In this document: positions 27,934 to 32,000 of the stretch, piece by piece
How positions within the stretch are numbered: the first letter of the stretch is position 1
Layout: each line of letters begins with the position of its first letter
Assembly: GCF_000008645.1 (NCBI RefSeq)
Contig: NC_000916.1
Location: 600,001-632,000 of the forward strand
DNA from: Methanothermobacter thermautotrophicus str. Delta H
GTDB taxonomy: Archaea; Methanobacteriota; Methanobacteria; Methanobacteriales; Methanothermobacteraceae
DNA: 32,000 nucleotides
Direction of reading: 5' to 3'
The notes under the pieces: generated by a model
Database searches by the model: none
Told to the model about the DNA's origin: nothing
Seen by the model: the letters and a program-made list of their open reading frames with translations, nothing else
Position numbers and translations under genes: made by a program

Positions 27934-29240
27934 TGTCCTACCAGGGAAGAGCAAGGAAATTCCTGGAATCAGCCTCCATAGATGTGGGGGACATGGTGCT
28001 GGTTGAGAAACCAGACGTCACCTATGAGGGCATGGTCCTTGACCGTGCAGACGATGCAGATGACAGACACATAGTCCTGAAACTTGAAAACGGTTACAAT
28101 ATCGGAGTTGAAATCAGCGATGCGCGGATAGAGCTCCTTGAGAAGGGATCCGAGCCAAGGATAGAACTCCCGCCAGTTGAAGCCGCTGAAGATCCAGAAT
28201 TACCTGATGTATCAATAATATCAACAGGTGGTACCGTTGCATCCATAATAGATTACCGCACAGGGGCTGTTCACCCTGCATTCACAGCAGATGACCTTCT
28301 CCGTGCAAACCCCGAACTCCTGGACATTGCAAATATAAGGGGGCGTGCAGTTTTCAACATACTCAGCGAGAACATGAAACCAGAATACTGGGTCGAAACA
28401 GCCAGGGCAGTTTACGGTGAGATAAAGGATGGTGCAGATGGGGTGGTGGTAGCCCATGGAACAGACACCATGCACTACACCTCAGCCGCCCTCAGTTTCA
28501 TGCTCAGGACCCCGGTACCTGTGGTATTCACCGGCGCCCAGAGGAGCTCAGACAGACCCTCCTCAGATGCAAGCCTCAACATACAGTGCTCTGTCAGGGC
28601 AGCGACCTCAGAAATCGCAGAGGTCACAGTCTGCATGCACGCGACCATGGACGACCTCAGCTGCCACCTCCACCGGGGCGTGAAGGTGAGGAAGATGCAC
28701 ACATCCCGGAGGGACACCTTCAGAAGCATGAACGCCCTTCCCCTTGCAGAGGTGACACCCGATGGCATTAAAATCCTCGAGGAAAACTACAGAAAAAGGG
28801 GCTCAGATGAACTGGAACTCAGCGACCGCGTGGAGGAGAGGGTCGCCTTCATAAAGAGCTACCCTGGAATATCCCCTGATATCATAAAATGGCACCTCGA
28901 TGAGGGCTACAGGGGTATCGTCATTGAGGGCACAGGCCTCGGTCACTGCCCTGACACCCTGATACCGGTCATAGGGGAGGCCCATGATATGGGAGTCCCT
29001 GTGGCAATGACGTCCCAGTGCCTGAACGGAAGGGTGAACATGAACGTCTACAGTACAGGGCGAAGACTGCTGCAGGCAGGTGTCATACCCTGCGATGACA
29101 TGCTCCCGGAGGTTGCCTACGTGAAGATGTGCTGGGTCCTGGGACAGACAGATGACCCTGAAATGGCCCGTGAGATGATGAGGGAGAACATTGCAGGTGA
29201 GATCAATGAGAGGACATCGATAGCATACTTCAGGGGATGA
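27933..29240 (+). CDS. gatD: Glutamyl-tRNA(Gln) amidotransferase subunit D
   Basis: 435-aa ORF with an asparaginase-like core (ISTGGTVAS...HGTDTM). Its start overlaps the vorA stop (TAATG). Confidence 0.95.
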   Translation: MSYQGRARKFLESASIDVGDMVLVEKPDVTYEGMVLDRADDADDRHIVLKLENGYNIGVEISDARIELLEKGSEPRIELPPVEAAEDPELPDVSIISTGGTVASIIDYRTGAVHPAFTADDLLRANPELLDIANIRGRAVFNILSENMKPEYWVETARAVYGEIKDGADGVVVAHGTDTMHYTSAALSFMLRTPVPVVFTGAQRSSDRPSSDASLNIQCSVRAATSEIAEVTVCMHATMDDLSCHLHRGVKVRKMHTSRRDTFRSMNALPLAEVTPDGIKILEENYRKRGSDELELSDRVEERVAFIKSYPGISPDIIKWHLDEGYRGIVIEGTGLGHCPDTLIPVIGEAHDMGVPVAMTSQCLNGRVNMNVYSTGRRLLQAGVIPCDDMLPEVAYVKMCWVLGQTDDPEMAREMMRENIAGEINERTSIAYFRG

Positions 29241-29244
29241 TACA

Positions 29245-31104
29245 ATGGACTGGGAAAAAGTAGGACTCAAAATGGGCCTTGAAATACACCAGCAGCTTGA
29301 TACAGAGAGCAAACTCTTCTGTCCCTGCAGAACAGAGCTCACTGACTCTGAACCCGACCATGATATTGTGAGGAACCTCAGGCCAACCCAGAGCGAGCTC
29401 GGAAAATTCGACAGAGCAGCCTTCGAGGAGGCCATGAGGAAGCTCCACTTCCACTACGAGAACTACCACGAGGAAACATGCCTCGTTGAGGCTGATGAGG
29501 AGCCGCCGCACCCCCTGAACCCTGAGGCACTTGAAATCGCAGTTACAATCGCACTCCTCCTCAATATGAGGGTTGTTGATGAGTTCCACACCATGAGGAA
29601 GCAGGTGATCGATGGAAGTAACACCGGAGGATTCCAGAGGACAGGTCTTGTTGCAACCGACGGACACCTCGAAACCCCCCAGGGAACAGTTAAAATAGAG
29701 AACCTCTGCCTTGAGGAGGACGCCGCCAGGAGGATCAGGGAGACAGGGGACGGCGTGGTCTTCAGACTGGACCGCCTGGGCATACCCCTCGTTGAGATAA
29801 CCACCGACCCATCAATGAGCGACCCACAGCAGCTGAGGGAGGTTGCCTACCAGATAGGGCAGATCCTGAGGAGCACCAGGGTCAAGAGGGGCCTTGGAAC
29901 CATAAGGCAGGACCTCAACATATCCATACGTGATGGTGCCCGGGTGGAGGTTAAGGGGGTCCAGGACCTTGACCTCATACCCGAGATAGTTGAGAGGGAG
30001 GTTAAGAGGCAGCTCAGTCTGGTTGAGATAAGGGACACCCTCCAGGAGAGGGGTGCTGTGGTTGAGGATAAGATATTCGATGTGTCAGAGGTCTTCGCAG
30101 ATACAGAATCCAGGATAATCTCCTCGGCGGAGTCTGTACTCGCAGTTAAACTGAGGGGCTTTGATGGTCTCATAGGGGTTGAAATCCAGCCAGGAAGGCG
30201 TCTCGGCACCGAGATGGCTGATTATGCTAAAAAGCGGGGTGTGAGTGGCATATTCCACACCGATGAACTCCCTGCCTACGGTATAACAGAGGAAGAGGTT
30301 CGGGGCCTCAGGGATGCCGTGGGTGCCTCCCAGGGTGATGCGGTTGTCATGGTTGCCCATGAAAGGGTCACCGCCGAGAATGCCCTCAGGGAGGTTATAA
30401 GGCGTGCGGAGATGGCAATCCAGGGTGTGCCTGAGGAGACAAGGAAGGCGCTGCCTGACGGTAACACACAGTACCTCAGGCCCCTGCCAACCTCAAGCAG
30501 GATGTACCTTGAAACAGACATACCCTTATTCCGGATAGAGGATGACCTCCTGGAGGGCATCAGGAGGAACCTGCCTGAACTCCCCTCAGAGAAGAAGGAG
30601 AGGATAATGAGGGACTACGGTCTGAGTGAGGACCTGGCATCACAGCTCGTTAAGCGTAACCTTGTTGATGAATTTGAGGCCCTTACAGAATTCAGGGTCG
30701 ATACCACTGTCATAGCATCACTCCTGGCCTACACCCTGAGGGAGCTCAGGAGGGAGGGCCATGATGTGGACGGGCTGGGCCTTGATGAACTGAGAGACGC
30801 CATTAAACTCCTTGAGGTCGGTAAGATCTCAAAGGATGCCCTCAGGGACATAGTGGCCTGCATGGCTGATGAGGGCCTTGCAGCGGAGGATGCTGCTCGT
30901 AAGCTCAACCTCCTGCTCCTCGCTGAGGATGAGATCGAGTCCATAATCCAGGAGATCGTTGAGGGTAACCTTGATATGATCTCTGAGAGGGGTATGGGTG
31001 CCATGGGTCCTCTGATGGGGCAGGCCATGGGCAGGCTCCGTGGAAGGGCAGATGGTAAGGTTGTAAACAGGATCCTCCGGGAGAAGATCCAGGAGAGGCT
31101 CTGA
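29245..31104 (+). CDS. gatE: Glutamyl-tRNA(Gln) amidotransferase subunit E
   Basis: 619-aa ORF beginning [26 protein letters not shown]. GatB/E family; the start is 4 nt after the gatD stop. Confidence 0.95.
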   Translation: MDWEKVGLKMGLEIHQQLDTESKLFCPCRTELTDSEPDHDIVRNLRPTQSELGKFDRAAFEEAMRKLHFHYENYHEETCLVEADEEPPHPLNPEALEIAVTIALLLNMRVVDEFHTMRKQVIDGSNTGGFQRTGLVATDGHLETPQGTVKIENLCLEEDAARRIRETGDGVVFRLDRLGIPLVEITTDPSMSDPQQLREVAYQIGQILRSTRVKRGLGTIRQDLNISIRDGARVEVKGVQDLDLIPEIVEREVKRQLSLVEIRDTLQERGAVVEDKIFDVSEVFADTESRIISSAESVLAVKLRGFDGLIGVEIQPGRRLGTEMADYAKKRGVSGIFHTDELPAYGITEEEVRGLRDAVGASQGDAVVMVAHERVTAENALREVIRRAEMAIQGVPEETRKALPDGNTQYLRPLPTSSRMYLETDIPLFRIEDDLLEGIRRNLPELPSEKKERIMRDYGLSEDLASQLVKRNLVDEFEALTEFRVDTTVIASLLAYTLRELRREGHDVDGLGLDELRDAIKLLEVGKISKDALRDIVACMADEGLAAEDAARKLNLLLLAEDEIESIIQEIVEGNLDMISERGMGAMGPLMGQAMGRLRGRADGKVVNRILREKIQERL

Positions 31105-31118
31105 AAAAACCAGCCCCC

Positions 31119-31125
31119 TTTTTTT
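31119..31125 (+). terminator. T7 tract after gatE (candidate archaeal terminator)
   Basis: The sequence CCCCCTTTTTTTATTATT begins about 10 nt after the gatE stop. Confidence 0.45.
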
Positions 31126-31239
31126 ATTATTGAGGGTGCTCAGCAGACCCTAAAGCTCCACCTCCTTTTTAATATGAACCGGTTAACTGAATGTGAAATC
31201 TTTATCTCCACCGGTGACCAAGATAATGATTAAGGTGGT

Positions 31240-32000
31240 ATGATGACTGATTATGACATGATAGTTATAGGGGCTGGCCCTGCAGGGCTCACAGCCGGTA
31301 TCTATGGTGGAAGGCAGGGAAGCAGCGTCCTGATGCTGGATAAGGGCCCGGCCGGTGGACTGGGCCTCGAGGTGCCCATGATGGAGAACTACCCGGGATT
31401 CGAGATGATCGCGGGAATGAGCCTCGTTACAAAGATGAAGAAACAGGCCACCGCTGTTGCAGAGCTGAGGGAAATGGAGGAGGTTAAGGAGATAGAGAAA
31501 GGTGATGTGTTCACGGTCAAGACATCAAGGGACACCTACACCGCCTCGGCAATCATCTTTGCAACCGGCAGCAAACACAGGCAGCTTGGAGTCCCAGGTG
31601 AGAACGACCTTCTGGGGCGGGGTGTCTGCTACTGTGCAACCTGCGATGGCCCCCTATACAAGGGTCGAAAGGTCCTGATGGTTGGAGGTGGTAACAGCGC
31701 AGCCCAGGAGGCCGTTTTCCTAAAGAACATAGGCTGTGATGTGAGTATAGTCCATCGGAGGGATGAGCTGAGGGCTGATAAGTACCTCCAGGACAAGCTT
31801 CGTGAGATGGAGATCCCTGTGATCTGGAACTCTGTGGTTAAGGAGATAGGGGGTGATGAGAGGGTTGAGGAGGTCATCATCCACAACCGTGTAACCGGCA
31901 GGGACGAGACCCTCAAGGTTGACGGTGTATTCATAGCAATCGGCGAAGAGCCCCTCAACCAGCTTGCAGTTGACCTCGGTGTTGAGGTGGATAAAGGAGG
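31240..32000 (+). CDS. trxB: Thioredoxin-disulfide reductase family flavoprotein (N-terminal ~253 aa; runs off window end)
   Basis: Not in the track because it has no stop in the window. My manual translation from ATGATG at 31240 (GGTGG SD) gives [25 protein letters not shown]...[31 protein letters not shown], i.e. an FAD GxGxxG motif, a CATC redox motif and a second dinucleotide fold. Confidence 0.85.
   Translation, partial: MMTDYDMIVIGAGPAGLTAGIYGGRQGSSVLMLDKGPAGGLGLEVPMMENYPGFEMIAGMSLVTKMKKQATAVAELREMEEVKEIEKGDVFTVKTSRDTYTASAIIFATGSKHRQLGVPGENDLLGRGVCYCATCDGPLYKGRKVLMVGGGNSAAQEAVFLKNIGCDVSIVHRRDELRADKYLQDKLREMEIPVIWNSVVKEIGGDERVEEVIIHNRVTGRDETLKVDGVFIAIGEEPLNQLAVDLGVEVDKG

Noticed and set aside
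28803-29667. 210-aa and 145-aa minus-strand ORFs
   Set aside because: Antisense to gatD/gatE. No recognisable motifs. The sense-strand genes are unambiguous.

Overview
Almost fully coding archaeal chromosomal window. Gene content, and several proteins I recognise from memory (nicotianamine-synthase-like MtNAS, prefoldin beta, SBDS, Brix protein, GatDE, three-subunit VOR), point to Methanothermobacter thermautotrophicus or a very close relative; this was not checked by any search. Layout: (i) 1-7932 is an accessory-looking block on the minus strand. It holds a signal-peptide-bearing CobN-family chelatase homologue (open at the window edge), a 966-aa glycoprotein-like surface-anchored protein with two FmdE-type motifs, a nicotianamine-synthase-like gene and a divergent GNAT acetyltransferase. 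(ii) 8225-16209 is the conserved archaeal exosome/proteasome/RNase P/ribosomal superoperon, 15 tightly packed minus-strand genes: L15e, DUF54 RNA-binding protein, Rpp30, Pop5, PsmA, SBDS, Rrp4, Rrp41, Rrp42, L37Ae, RpoP, Brix, Pcc1, prefoldin beta, DUF3194. (iii) 16380-22859 holds a CMD-family protein, an NfeD-stomatin pair, an HTH regulator, a MacB/FtsX-type ABC pair, an archaeoflavoprotein, an orphan small protein preceded by an unusual tandem repeat, and a PF04008-type kinase. (iv) 22994-31104 is a plus-strand, translationally coupled run: XRE-cupin regulator, acyl-CoA synthetase, VorC/VorB/VorA, GatD, GatE. A TrxB-like gene follows and is open at the window end. No tRNA, rRNA, CRISPR array, transposase or integrase was seen. 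Most notable observations: the NAS / FmdE-surface-protein / secreted-CobN cluster as a candidate undescribed extracytoplasmic metal or metallophore system; a 1-nt frame break in the tiny rpoP gene; an in-frame TGA at an invariant Gly codon of the acyl-CoA synthetase; and a 2.5-copy ~66-bp palindrome-bearing tandem repeat ending in a C10 tract.
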